NCBI GenBank assembly: GCA_016192825.1
Contig: JACPTK010000025.1
Location: 3,912-67,911 of the forward strand
Source: Betaproteobacteria bacterium
GTDB lineage: Bacteria; Pseudomonadota; Gammaproteobacteria; Burkholderiales; SG8-41
DNA: 64,000 nucleotides
Direction of reading: 5' to 3'
Below are positions 30,781 through 40,065 of the stretch, piece after piece. The translations under genes and the position numbers were made by a program. The notes under the pieces were generated by a model. The model made no database searches and was not told the DNA's origin. It worked only from the letters and a program-made list of their open reading frames with translations. Positions within the stretch are counted from its first letter, which is position 1. Each line of letters starts with the position of its first letter.

Positions 30781-30862
30781 GCGGGGCAAGCTGCGGGCAA
30801 TAAAACGCGTCGGACAGACACGCCCCTGAATTGTTCAGCCGATTAATGCGGGCGCGCAAAGG

Positions 30863-31657
30863 ATGAATCTCGCTCCCCCTGTTGACGGCGCCGCACGCGG
30901 GACGCGCGAATCCGGTGTGGAACCGCCGTTCGCTTCCTCTTTACCGCCATCCGGTGGCCAGCTGTCACCGCCCGTTCTCGGCGCACTCCCGAAACGGCGA
31001 CTGCGGGCCATGCTCATGGCGGGCGCCGAGGTGCTCGAATGTCAGCGTGTGCTGTCCGGGGGAGGGATCAACCTGGTAAGCGAGGTCTTGCGGGACCAGG
31101 GTGAATTCGTCGAGTACGAGCATTACCCGAGGAGCGACGTCTACGACTCCGAATCCGGCGCGCAGTACTACTACCACGCACACCGAGCCGGGGAGCACGG
31201 ACACTTTCACACGTTTCTGAGGGTGAACACAGGAAACACGGACGGTTCGCCTGCGGGGGACGGCCTGAATAGCAGTGAACCCGTGCATCTCATCGCGATC
31301 TCCATGGACGCCTATGGCTGGCCGATCGGCCTGTTTGCGACCAATCACTGGGTTTGCGGCGGCGCCTGGCGTTCGGCGGAGGAGGTGATCGAGCTGCTGC
31401 CTCGCTTTCGCATCGATCACGCCTTTCCGTCGTGGCCGGTCAACCGCTGGATCGGAGCGATGATGGTGCTGTTCCGGCCGCACATCGAAGCTTTGTTGAC
31501 CCACCGCGACGCGGTGATCGGCGCCTGGGCGAGGGCCCATCCCGGCAGAGACGTGTTCGAAGACCGGGAACTCGGGGTGACGGGATACCTGCCGATCTCG
31601 GTCGAGGACCAGATACTCGAGGTGCGCACTCCCGCGGGTGCTCGCCGCTCGTTGTGA
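30863..31657 (+). CDS. Conserved hypothetical protein with His-rich motif
   Basis: 264-aa ORF with coding-like composition. The motif is 'YYYHAHRAGEHGHFHTF'. The start is uncertain and no family is assigned. Confidence 0.45.
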   Translation: MNLAPPVDGAARGTRESGVEPPFASSLPPSGGQLSPPVLGALPKRRLRAMLMAGAEVLECQRVLSGGGINLVSEVLRDQGEFVEYEHYPRSDVYDSESGAQYYYHAHRAGEHGHFHTFLRVNTGNTDGSPAGDGLNSSEPVHLIAISMDAYGWPIGLFATNHWVCGGAWRSAEEVIELLPRFRIDHAFPSWPVNRWIGAMMVLFRPHIEALLTHRDAVIGAWARAHPGRDVFEDRELGVTGYLPISVEDQILEVRTPAGARRSL

Positions 31658-31694
31658 CGCCCGTGGCGCCCCTCGCGCCTAGGAGGACAACGCG

Positions 31695-32165
31695 ATGAGC
31701 CGCACCAGAATCCTCTTCGCCTTTGCGGGCGGCGTGCTTGCGGCATCCTCGCTCGCGCCGCTCGCCGGCCCGGCCGCCGCGGCGCAGCTCATCGAGCTGA
31801 CCCAGGTGCCGTGCCAGTTTCTGGAGAGCGAAGGCGGTGTTGACCGCGGCTACAAGTCGCGCTCGATCAAGGATTGCGAGGCGATCAATGCCAGAACCGG
31901 CAAGGACCGCGTGGCAAAGGCGAAACCGCTGGAGCTTAAATCCGGGAAGTACGTGTTTCGCGTGGCCAACAAGAACGTGCCGTACGAGCTGGGCTTCTGG
32001 CTGCGCGGCGCCTCCGCGGCGGGCCGGGTGACACTGCCCAGCGTCTCCGGCGGCGGCCTCATGCCAGGTAAAACCCGCGACTACGAGATTGAGCTCAAGG
32101 CCGGCGAATATGCCTATTCGTGCCCGCTCAATACCACCCCCGACTACAAACTGATCGTGCGATAG
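31695..32165 (+). CDS. Secreted cupredoxin-like (EfeO N-terminal 'Cup'-like) domain protein
   Basis: It has a signal peptide. The C-terminal 'KAGEYAYSCPLNTTPDYKLIV' resembles the EfeO Cup-domain end 'GEY..TCGL..NPKGKLIV'. Confidence 0.5.
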   Translation: MSRTRILFAFAGGVLAASSLAPLAGPAAAAQLIELTQVPCQFLESEGGVDRGYKSRSIKDCEAINARTGKDRVAKAKPLELKSGKYVFRVANKNVPYELGFWLRGASAAGRVTLPSVSGGGLMPGKTRDYEIELKAGEYAYSCPLNTTPDYKLIVR

Positions 32166-32295
32166 CATCTGCCGAGAGCGGGCATGCGTATCATTAGCAG
32201 CCTGTCGGCTCGGAGATAACCAGGAGCGATGTCCCATGCATTCACCCCGATCGTTGATCACGCCAAGTCCGACAGGCTGCTAGGTGGAGGAATTC

Positions 32296-32778
32296 ATGGT
32301 TTCAAAGTCAACCCGCTTTGTGCTGCTGGTCATGGGTCTATCCGTGCTCATCGGTACTGGACCAGCGCGGGGTGCAGAAACAGCTCTGCCGGAAACGGTG
32401 ACCATCAAAACCCGCCACGGGTTTGATGCGCTGGTAAACCGCGTCGAGAAAGCAGTGGCGCGCCACCAGATGGGACTGATCGCCCTGGCGAGCGCCAGTC
32501 GCGGCGCCGCGGCGCGCGGCGTGAAAATACCGGGCAATGCGGTGCTGATGGTGTTCCGCAACGACTACGCGGTGCGCATGCTTCAGGCAAGCGTGCCGGC
32601 GGGAATCGAGGCGCCGCTGCGGATTTACGTCACCGAGAATCCGGACGGCACCGCGAGCGTAACCTACCGCCAGCCAGGCGCCGTGTTCGCGCCGTACCGC
32701 AACCCTGGGCTGGACACCCTGGCAGACGAGCTCGATGTCGTATTCCGGAATATCGTCAACGACGCCGCCGGAGGCTGA
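32296..32778 (+). CDS. DUF302 domain protein (secreted)
   Basis: It has a signal peptide. The body has 'GFDALVNRVEKAVARHQMGLIA...PGNAVLMVFRNDYAVRML...IEAPLRIYV', typical of DUF302. Confidence 0.65.
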   Translation: MVSKSTRFVLLVMGLSVLIGTGPARGAETALPETVTIKTRHGFDALVNRVEKAVARHQMGLIALASASRGAAARGVKIPGNAVLMVFRNDYAVRMLQASVPAGIEAPLRIYVTENPDGTASVTYRQPGAVFAPYRNPGLDTLADELDVVFRNIVNDAAGG

Positions 32779-33934
32779 AGCGGGCGGCAGGCTGGTTGCG
32801 CGAACCGTGCAGTGGCGGGCGGTAACCGCCGCCTGCTTGCTCGCCGGCCTGGTGACGGTCGTCATGCCCTGGCAGGGATGGCGGCTCCCGGTCCTCTTCG
32901 CGCTCGGCCTGGCGCTCGGTGCGACGCTGTATCGGACCTCCTTTGGCTTCACTTCGGCTTACCGCGATTTTCTGCTGCGGCATGACACCGGGGGCGTGCG
33001 CGCCCAGGTATTGATGCTTGCGCTCGCCACCGCCTTGTTCGCCCCGGCACTCGCGGCCGGGTCGGCGTTCGGTTACCCGGTAACGGGCGCCTTCGCTCCG
33101 CTCGGCGCGCAGGTGGTTGCCGGCGCTTTCCTGTTCGGCGTCGGAATGCAGCTCGCGGGAGGCTGTGGCTCCGGTACGCTGTATTCCGCGGGCGGAGGCA
33201 GCGCGCGGATGCTCGTCGTGCTTGGCTTCTTCTGCTTCGGCTCGTTCTGGGCAAGCCTGCACATGAGCTGGTGGGAACGGCTGCCTTCGCGCGGCGAGGC
33301 CGTGCTGGGCGACCTTCTTGGCTGGACGGAGGCCCTGCTGCTGCAGCTGGCCGTTCTCGGGGCCGTGTGGGTGTGGCTCGGGCGTATCGAATCGAAGCGC
33401 ACGGACCGTCTCTCGCGATCGCCGGGCGCGACTGCCAGGAACTCCACGCTACTCGTGGGCGCCGTATTGCTCGCCGCCCTGGCGCTCCTGGTACTGCTCG
33501 TTGCAGGGCATCCGTGGTCCATCACCTGGGCGTTCACGCTGTGGGGAGCAAAGGCGGCGCTTCTGCTCGGCTGGCGGCCGGATGAAAGCGCGTTCTGGAA
33601 CGGGGACTTTCAGCGACGAGCGCTTGAAAGCGAAGTCCTGGGCGATGTCACGTCGGTAATGGACATCGGCATCGTCCTGGGTGCATTTGCCGCGGCTGGG
33701 ATCGCCGGGCGATTTGACGTTCGGCGAATGCCTTCCCCGGGACCGCTTGCGGCAGCGGTAATCGGAGGCCTCATTATGGGTTACGGCGCGCGGATCGCCT
33801 ATGGCTGCAACATCGGTGCGTTTTTTTCGGGGGTGGCGTCCACCAGCCTTCACGGTTGGGCCTGGATCATTGCGGCGCTGGGCGGCAACGTGATCGGCAT
33901 CCGGTTGAGACCCCGGTTCGACCTGATGAACTGA
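32735..33934 (+). CDS. YeeE/YedE-family sulfur/selenium-compound transporter
   Basis: A polytopic membrane protein with the two conserved Cys loops 'LAGGCGSGTLYS' and 'IAYGCNIGAFFSG'. The 5' end overlaps the DUF302 gene, so the true start may be internal. Confidence 0.8.
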   Translation: MSYSGISSTTPPEAEAGGRLVARTVQWRAVTAACLLAGLVTVVMPWQGWRLPVLFALGLALGATLYRTSFGFTSAYRDFLLRHDTGGVRAQVLMLALATALFAPALAAGSAFGYPVTGAFAPLGAQVVAGAFLFGVGMQLAGGCGSGTLYSAGGGSARMLVVLGFFCFGSFWASLHMSWWERLPSRGEAVLGDLLGWTEALLLQLAVLGAVWVWLGRIESKRTDRLSRSPGATARNSTLLVGAVLLAALALLVLLVAGHPWSITWAFTLWGAKAALLLGWRPDESAFWNGDFQRRALESEVLGDVTSVMDIGIVLGAFAAAGIAGRFDVRRMPSPGPLAAAVIGGLIMGYGARIAYGCNIGAFFSGVASTSLHGWAWIIAALGGNVIGIRLRPRFDLMN

Positions 33935-34019
33935 GCGCGCTTCCCCGATGGCGGTCGCCGGGCGCGCTTCCCCGCCGATGCAATCGCCGCAGCGTAATGT
34001 GCACAAACGGAGTGGACGC

Positions 34020-35177
34020 ATGCGACAACTCGACGTGAATCGCGCCGTTCCGCGGTGGACGATCGCAGCCGCAGCACTGCTGGCCTGGGGTGCGGCCCTG
34101 CCGGCGGACGCGCAGCCGACGGATGAGTGGCCGCGCACCGATTTCAGCAAGCGGACGGTTCCGCTCGAGGAAATCCGTTCCGGGGGCCCTCCCAAGGATG
34201 GCATCCCGGCGATCGACCGCCCACGATTTGTTACGCCCGACGAGGCGGGCAGGTGGCTCGACCGGCGGGAGCCCGTGATCGTGTTCGAGCGCTATGGAGA
34301 CGCCCGCGCCTACCCGCTTCAGATCCTGATGTTTCACGAGATCGTCAACGACACCGTCGGCGGCGCGGCGGTCGCCGTCACGTTCTGCCCGCTCTGCAAT
34401 GCCTCAATCGTCTTCGACCGCGTCGTCAAGGGCGCCGTGCTCGATTTCGGCACGACCGGCAAGCTGCGCAAGAGCGACCTCGTCATGTATGACCGCCGGA
34501 CCGAAAGCTGGTGGCAGCAGTTCACCGGCAAAGGCATCGTCGGCCGCTACGCAGGAATCGAACTCAAGCAATTGCCGGCAACAATAACCACGTTCGCGGA
34601 CTTTCGAAAAGCGTACCCGCAGGGGCGCGTGCTGTCGCGCCAGACCGGCTTCAGCCGCCCGTACGGGAAAAATCCCTACCGCGGATACGATCGCGTCGGC
34701 GACATGCCGTTTTTGTTTTCCGATCCCGTCGATCCGCGGCTGCCGGCGATGGAACGCGTGCTGGGCGTCTCGTCCGGCGGCAGGTCGCGCATCTATCCGT
34801 TTGCCGCGCTCGCGGCGCTTCGCGTTGTCAACGACCAGATCGGGACCGATCCCATCGCGGTTTTCACCGTTGAGGGCATGCTCTCGGCGCTCGATGCCGA
34901 GGTCATACGCGACTCACGACGGATACCCGCGGCCGCCGCTTACAGCCGGAGATCCGGCGCGCGCACCCTGAGTTTCGAGTCGCGCGGAGAAGGGATTTTC
35001 GACCGCGAAACGGGCTCCGAATGGGATATCTTCGGCAGGGCGATTGCCGGACCCTTGAGGGGCCAGCGCCTGAAGCCTGCCGACAGCGGTGTGCATTTCG
35101 CGTTCGCCTGGCTCGCGTTCAATCCACAGTCGGAGATCTTCTCTCCGGCCGCGGCATCCACGCCGGCGCGACGCTGA
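34020..35177 (+). CDS. DUF3179 domain protein (secreted)
   Basis: 'GGPPKDGIPAIDRPRF...ARAYPLQILMFHEIVNDTVGG..VAVTFCPLCNASIVFDR'. Confidence 0.75.
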   Translation: MRQLDVNRAVPRWTIAAAALLAWGAALPADAQPTDEWPRTDFSKRTVPLEEIRSGGPPKDGIPAIDRPRFVTPDEAGRWLDRREPVIVFERYGDARAYPLQILMFHEIVNDTVGGAAVAVTFCPLCNASIVFDRVVKGAVLDFGTTGKLRKSDLVMYDRRTESWWQQFTGKGIVGRYAGIELKQLPATITTFADFRKAYPQGRVLSRQTGFSRPYGKNPYRGYDRVGDMPFLFSDPVDPRLPAMERVLGVSSGGRSRIYPFAALAALRVVNDQIGTDPIAVFTVEGMLSALDAEVIRDSRRIPAAAAYSRRSGARTLSFESRGEGIFDRETGSEWDIFGRAIAGPLRGQRLKPADSGVHFAFAWLAFNPQSEIFSPAAASTPARR

Positions 35178-35194
35178 GGACCAGGGGCGGGCGG

Positions 35195-35992
35195 ATGGGA
35201 CTCATCCTTTCGTCATTGGGACGCTCGCTCGCCGCCTATCTCACGGCGCCAAGCACGCGCTATCAGCCGGCCGCAACCTCCAGTCCCTCGCAATTGCGCC
35301 GTGCGCTGCGGGCCGGCGACGTGCTGCTGGTAGAGGGCAATACCCGGATCAGCGTCGCGATCAAGTATTTGACGCAGTCCACGTGGTCGCATGCGGCGTT
35401 GTACGTCGGGCCCCGCGCCGCGGACAGTGGAAACGATCCCGATCCGCCGGTGCTGATCGAAGCGGATCTGATCGCCGGCGTGCGCGTCGTTCCGCTCAGT
35501 GCCTACGAACACTTCCATACGCGCGTCTGCCGTCCCGTAGGGCTGGTCGACGCGGACCGCGACCGGATCATCGAGGCGGCGGTGGACCGCATCGGGCACA
35601 GCTACGACTTGCGCAATGTGTTCGATCTCGCGCGCTATCTCCTGCCGACGCCGCCGGTTCCCCAGCGATGGCGAAGGCGCATGCTCGCACTGGGCAGCGG
35701 CGAGCCCACGCGCGCCATTTGCTCGACGCTGATCGCGCAGTTGTTCCAGTCAGTCGGCTATCCGATTCTTCCGCGCATTGAGAGCCGCCCCTCCCCCAGG
35801 CCCGGCTGCGACGATTGCGTGCAGGAAATCCTGCACATACGGCATCACAGCCTGTTTGCGCCGCGCGATTTCGACATATCTCCGTATTTCATGGTGGTGA
35901 AACCGACCCTCGAAGCGGGTTTCGACTACAAATCACTGGTCTGGGACCGCGGCGGCGTGGAAACCGGGGTCGAAACGGCGGCGGAGGCCTGA
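35195..35992 (+). CDS. YiiX/permuted-papain-fold (NlpC/P60-like) cysteine hydrolase family protein
   Basis: 'GDVLLVEGNTRISVAIKYLTQSTWSHAALYVG' and 'RAICSTLIAQLF' match the permuted His...Cys arrangement. Confidence 0.6.
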   Translation: MGLILSSLGRSLAAYLTAPSTRYQPAATSSPSQLRRALRAGDVLLVEGNTRISVAIKYLTQSTWSHAALYVGPRAADSGNDPDPPVLIEADLIAGVRVVPLSAYEHFHTRVCRPVGLVDADRDRIIEAAVDRIGHSYDLRNVFDLARYLLPTPPVPQRWRRRMLALGSGEPTRAICSTLIAQLFQSVGYPILPRIESRPSPRPGCDDCVQEILHIRHHSLFAPRDFDISPYFMVVKPTLEAGFDYKSLVWDRGGVETGVETAAEA

Positions 35993-36176
35993 GCTGCAAG
36001 TTCCAAGCCGTGCCCGGCAGCCACAGCGACCCTGTAAGATTTCCCTGCTCACGCCGGTCTAAAGGAACGAGCACGTGTGAAGCGATGCCGGTCGCGGAAG
36101 CACCCGGCTGGAAACGGGGACGGCGTCGCGCTCACGCAACAAGTGAGTTTCTGTTCGACTCGACGGAGGAATCATC

Positions 36177-36317
36177 ATGAAGCAACCTTTGCGGATTCTC
36201 GTGGTTTTGCTGTTCGGGATCATCCTGGCTGGCTGCGCGGGGACGGGCATGAATATCACACCCTCCGCACCCGCCGTGGAAGCCAGTACCTTTCTGGGCC
36301 CATTTCAGCATGAATGA
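36177..36317 (+). CDS. Small lipoprotein (46 aa)
   Basis: It is not in the ORF track because it is under 60 aa. A GGAGGA RBS lies 7 nt upstream. The sequence is 'MKQPLRILVVLLFGIILAGC|AGTG...' with a canonical lipobox. Confidence 0.4.
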   Translation: MKQPLRILVVLLFGIILAGCAGTGMNITPSAPAVEASTFLGPFQHE

Positions 36318-36408
36318 CCCCGGCCAACGCGACCCGGTGGCGCGTTCCGCCGAGCATTGTCCGGCAGCGGCGGAACGCGGATAGTAACAGCGGGCGCACG
36401 GGATCCTG

Positions 36409-36918
36409 ATGTTCACTGGCAAACAATCAAAGTTCGAGACGATGGTCAGGGCCTACTCCGCCGAGCTTTACCGCTATGCCTACTGGATGTGCCGTGACCG
36501 TTTCCTCGCCGAGGACCTCGTCCAGGACACATTCACCCGCGCATGGCAGGCGTGGGATGGGTTGCGTGACGACAAGGCGGCGCGGAGCTGGCTTTACACC
36601 ATTCTCCGAAACGAGCGTGCGCGCCTGTTCGAGCGCAAGCGCCTGGAAATCGATGAAGCCCAGGAGCTGGACGATCTGATCGACGCCTCGAGTGCGGGCC
36701 CCCACGAAGACCTGGAGATGCGACAGCTGCTCTCGGCTCTGCCGGTCGGCTACCGTGAGCCGCTCGTCCTGCAGGTGCTAGGCGGCCACAGTTGCGCCGA
36801 AATAGCGCGGATAATGGACATCAGCGAAGGCGCGGTGATGACGCGTCTGACGCGCGCCAGGCTGGCATTGCGGAAACTGCCAGGGATCGCGGCAACGCGC
36901 AAGGCGAAAAGCGTATGA
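36409..36918 (+). CDS. ECF-family RNA polymerase sigma factor
   Basis: 'AEDLVQDTFTRAWQAWDGLRDDKAARSWLYTILRNE' and 'PLVLQVLGGHSCAEIARIMDISEGAVMTRLTRARLAL'. Confidence 0.88.
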   Translation: MFTGKQSKFETMVRAYSAELYRYAYWMCRDRFLAEDLVQDTFTRAWQAWDGLRDDKAARSWLYTILRNERARLFERKRLEIDEAQELDDLIDASSAGPHEDLEMRQLLSALPVGYREPLVLQVLGGHSCAEIARIMDISEGAVMTRLTRARLALRKLPGIAATRKAKSV

Positions 36919-37619
36919 ACTGCTTCGAATTCCGGAAACTGTTGCTCGCGGACCCCCGTGCCCGAACGTCAGGGCAGGATCGGCACCTTGCGGAGTGCCC
37001 CGCGTGCGCGAACGTGGCGCGCGAGATGGAAAACCTCGAAGCCCGTGTCCACGACGCGATGCGGGTGCCGGTACCGGAGGCGCTGGCGGAACGCGTGCTG
37101 CTGCGGCAGAAGACACGCGTCCCCGCGCTGCGCGTATGGGCCCTGGCGGCATCGCTGGTGGCGGCGATTGGTGCCGGAGCCTATTTCTATCGCACCGCAG
37201 GCAACACGGAAGAACCGATGCTCGTGGCCGCGACACTTGGCCAGAACCATCCCGCAGTCGCGGCAATTGCCTACGTGGTGGATCACGAACCGCAACTGCT
37301 CAGGGAAGGCCGCAGCGGCGACCCGGCGGTGATGCGGAGCGCCCTCGTGAAGCTCGGTTTGAAGCTGCCGGCCAATGGCGTCACGGTGCGGTATCTGGGC
37401 AAGTGCCCCGTGCCCAGCGGCACCGGCGAGCACATCGTGCTGCAAACCGCCCTCGGGCAGGTCACGCTTATCCTGGTGCCCAACCACCCGTTGGGACCGC
37501 GCGTGACGGTAATGGACCGGCAGATGACGGCCCTGGCCAGTCCCGCGCGGCTCGGAGGCTACATCCTGGTCGCCGACTCGCTCGACCACGTCAGACGCAT
37601 CGAGAAGATGCTGATGTGA
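36915..37619 (+). CDS. DUF3379-family anti-sigma factor
   Basis: Its ATG overlaps the sigma gene stop (ATGA). It has 'MNCFEFRKLLLADPR...HLAECPACANVAREME' followed by one TM helix. Confidence 0.75.
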   Translation: MNCFEFRKLLLADPRARTSGQDRHLAECPACANVAREMENLEARVHDAMRVPVPEALAERVLLRQKTRVPALRVWALAASLVAAIGAGAYFYRTAGNTEEPMLVAATLGQNHPAVAAIAYVVDHEPQLLREGRSGDPAVMRSALVKLGLKLPANGVTVRYLGKCPVPSGTGEHIVLQTALGQVTLILVPNHPLGPRVTVMDRQMTALASPARLGGYILVADSLDHVRRIEKMLM

Positions 37620-37821
37620 ACGACGGCGTCATGCCAGGCGCACGTCGTTTTCCTTGACGACTCTCGCCCAGCGTTCACCTCCGACTGATTAGGATTTCGG
37701 CTGCTGCGCCAGCCCTGGCGCCGCCCGGCACAGCACCGCCGCGCCTGCGATCACCCCGAATGTCCGCCACATCCCCCCTCCGATCATTTTGTATTGTTCA
37801 GTCCATAACAGGCGAAAAAAA

Positions 37822-38100
37822 TTATACGTCTAGACTGCGCAGCATCACGGAACGGATGTCTTCGAGCACCGCGCGTTCCGGGATCGCCTTGCCGACCAGC
37901 CGCATGCCCTGGATGCTCGCGACCAGGAAGCGCGCGGTCGCCCGGATGTCCAGTGCCGGCGAGATCTCGCCGCGCGACCGCGCGGCCTCGAGTGCCGCGC
38001 ACAGATCGTCGAGCGACGTTGCCCTGTAGCCCTTCGCCCAGAACGCCTGCATTGCCCGCTCGAGCGTGGCATCGACATCGAACTCTCGGGGTCGGGCCAT
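37822..38100 (-). pseudogene. TetR-family regulator with a large internal in-frame deletion (paralogue of 10451..11035)
   Basis: The first 35 residues and last ~55 residues align with the intact TetR ('MARPREFD.DA.LERAMQAFWAKG.RATSLDDLCAA' ... 'SRGEI...ARFLVA.IQG.RLVGKA.P.RA.LEDI.SVMLR.LD'). About 100 residues, including most of the HTH, are missing. Confidence 0.75.
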
Positions 38101-38124
38101 TACTTGATCGCCTCCTGGAATGGA

Positions 38125-38721
38125 TTACCTGGCATGCACACCGGGATTCCAGCCAGCTGCCGCAAGGTGTTTGCGAGCGAATTCGAGCGGATGGTCCTCG
38201 AGCTGGGTGGCAAGCGTGTCGTTCCAGCGGTTCATCCAGCCGAAGAGCGCGATGACGGACACGATCTCGATGATCGCGTCCTCGGAGAAATGCTTTTTCA
38301 ACTCGACGAAGTGCGCGTCGGTCACCGACGGCGGGCAGCCGCCCACCGCCAACGCGAGGCTCAGCGCCGCGCGCTCTGCTGCGGTGAAAAACGGGCTCGA
38401 CTGGAACTGCCACAATGCGTGGAGCTTGTCTCCGGATACCTTGCCCCGCTCCACGAGGTTCTCCGCGTTGTGGGCCGTGCAGTAGCGGCATCCCGCCGCG
38501 TTGCTGACCACCTCGCCGACCATGAACTTGAGCGCAGGCGGCACTTCGCCCGGGTCACTCATTACGGCCTCACGCAGATCGCGTAGCGCGCGAAAAACCC
38601 GCGGCCTGCGGGCAAGCGTGAGCCAACTGTTGGGAACGTAACCGCGCTGTTTTTTCGACTTATCAAAGTCCGCCGCGAACTCGGCAAGGCGATCCGCCGG
38701 TGGGGGTGAAACCCTAGCCAT
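38125..38721 (-). CDS. AhpD/CMD-like protein, Cys (CxxC) form
   Basis: An uninterrupted 198-aa ORF with 'AAGCRYCTAHNAE'. It is collinear with the two TGA-containing copies. Confidence 0.85.
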   Translation of the reverse strand: MARVSPPPADRLAEFAADFDKSKKQRGYVPNSWLTLARRPRVFRALRDLREAVMSDPGEVPPALKFMVGEVVSNAAGCRYCTAHNAENLVERGKVSGDKLHALWQFQSSPFFTAAERAALSLALAVGGCPPSVTDAHFVELKKHFSEDAIIEIVSVIALFGWMNRWNDTLATQLEDHPLEFARKHLAAAGWNPGVHAR

Positions 38722-38788
38722 TTCGACACCTCCGATACAAATTTTTCAGGTCAAATTTCCAGAGTGTTCGGCCATTGCAGAGCGGCTT

Positions 38789-38818
38789 ATTATAGAATGG
38801 TCATTCCAAAATGCAATG
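38789..38818. promoter_or_regulatory. Candidate TetR operator/promoter motif (shared with 11193..11220)
   Basis: 'ttatagaatggtcattccaaaatgcaatgc' contains the palindrome GAATG-GT-CATTC. It lies 70-95 nt upstream of the CMD(Cys)-TetR remnant operon. Confidence 0.35.
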
Positions 38819-39081
38819 CATTTGTCTCCAACACCATCCTCGCCGCAAAATGCCGGGCGTGCGCTCGACCGCGGGGCCGATAACGCTCCGGCCGGCGCTA
38901 CCCCCGCCATGGTTGGAACTGTGGCGCCGGCAGGCAGTCGGAACAGGGTGAATCCGGCTACTTGTGCTATACGTAAGGATTTGAGAATTCTGGCGACTAA
39001 CTGGTTAATCGTCCGCCAAGTGATCACGCTTGGAGTACAGTTCGAGTGAAACTTCCCATTTCAGAAGATTGATGCTAGCTC

Positions 39082-40047
39082 ATGCGCGCCACCCTTCCCC
39101 GGCTTGAATGCAGCGATTTTCCCGCGATCCGTCGCCGGCGCCTGGAAACGCTGCAGGTCAACCTCGGCTACAAGTGCAATCAGGCCTGCCTGCACTGCCA
39201 CGTCAACGCCGGCCCCACCCGCACCGAGTCGATGGACTGGAAGACCGTGTCCGAGGTCGTCTCGTTTCTCGGGGCCTCCGGCGTCAAGACGCTGGACATC
39301 ACGGGCGGCGCGCCGGAGCTGAACCCCCACTTCCGTTCGCTCGTGCTGGCTGCCCGCAACCTGGGCGTGCACGTCATGGACCGCTGCAACCTCACCGTGC
39401 TGGAGCAGCCCGGCCAGGAGGACACGGCGCAGTTTCTGGCCGCAAGCCGGGTCGAGATCGTCGCGTCGCTGCCCTGCTACCTCGAGGAAAACGTGAACGC
39501 CCAGCGCGGCGAGGGCGTGTTCGAGGCGAGCGTCCGCGCGCTGAAGGAGCTGAACGGCCTGGGCTACGGCAGGCCGGGCTCCGGGCTCATCCTCAATCTG
39601 GTCTACAACCCCCAAGGGCCGAGCCTGCCGCCGCCGCAGGATACGCTCGAAGCCGACTACCATCGCCACCTCGGCGAGCGGTTCGGCGTCGCGTTCAACC
39701 AGCTCTACGTCATGACCAACATGCCCATCCAGCGATTCGGCAGCATGCTGATCTCAAAAGGGCGCTTCGAGGAGTACCTGGACCTGCTCAAGAACGCCTA
39801 CCAGCCGCAGAACCTCGAGACGGTGATGTGCCGCACGCTCGTGTCGGTAGACTGGCGCGGTTACGTGTACGACTGCGACTTCAACCAGATGCTCGGGTTG
39901 CCGCTGCGGCTGAACGGCAGGCCGCGCGTGCACCTGCGTCAGCTCATGAGTGACGGCCTCGACGGCAACCCGATCGCGGTGAAGGACCACTGCTACGGCT
40001 GCACCGCGGGCCAGGGCTCGAGCTGCGGCGGGGCGCTGGAAGCCTGA
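39082..40047 (+). CDS. arsS: Arsenosugar-biosynthesis radical SAM protein ArsS (Cys form)
   Basis: The radical SAM motif is 'CNQACLHCH'. The Cys-rich C-terminus is 'CYGCTAGQGSSCGGAL', characteristic of TIGR04167-type proteins; some homologues carry Sec here. Confidence 0.85.
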   Translation: MRATLPRLECSDFPAIRRRRLETLQVNLGYKCNQACLHCHVNAGPTRTESMDWKTVSEVVSFLGASGVKTLDITGGAPELNPHFRSLVLAARNLGVHVMDRCNLTVLEQPGQEDTAQFLAASRVEIVASLPCYLEENVNAQRGEGVFEASVRALKELNGLGYGRPGSGLILNLVYNPQGPSLPPPQDTLEADYHRHLGERFGVAFNQLYVMTNMPIQRFGSMLISKGRFEEYLDLLKNAYQPQNLETVMCRTLVSVDWRGYVYDCDFNQMLGLPLRLNGRPRVHLRQLMSDGLDGNPIAVKDHCYGCTAGQGSSCGGALEA

Positions 40048-40065
40048 GCTCGCCGGGGGCAAGAC

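Noticed and set aside
29385-30789. Long minus-strand ORFs (312 aa and 239 aa) rich in 'FAAHGF' and 'RVLRCA' repeats.
   Set aside because: They are the reverse-complement reading of the 18-bp NPCAAK repeat. The plus-strand genes have RBSs, signal peptides and a CxxCH core.
37689-37772. A 27-codon minus-strand ORF with a GGAGG RBS ('MWRTFGVIAGAAVLCRAAPGLAQQPKS').
   Set aside because: It is only a signal-peptide-like stub. It is probably the remnant of a deleted gene, and it is too short to support as a feature.
38816-39049. A 77-aa plus-strand ORF in the CMD/arsS intergenic region.
   Set aside because: It has no RBS and low-complexity Ala/Pro/Gly content. It also spans the putative operator/promoter region.
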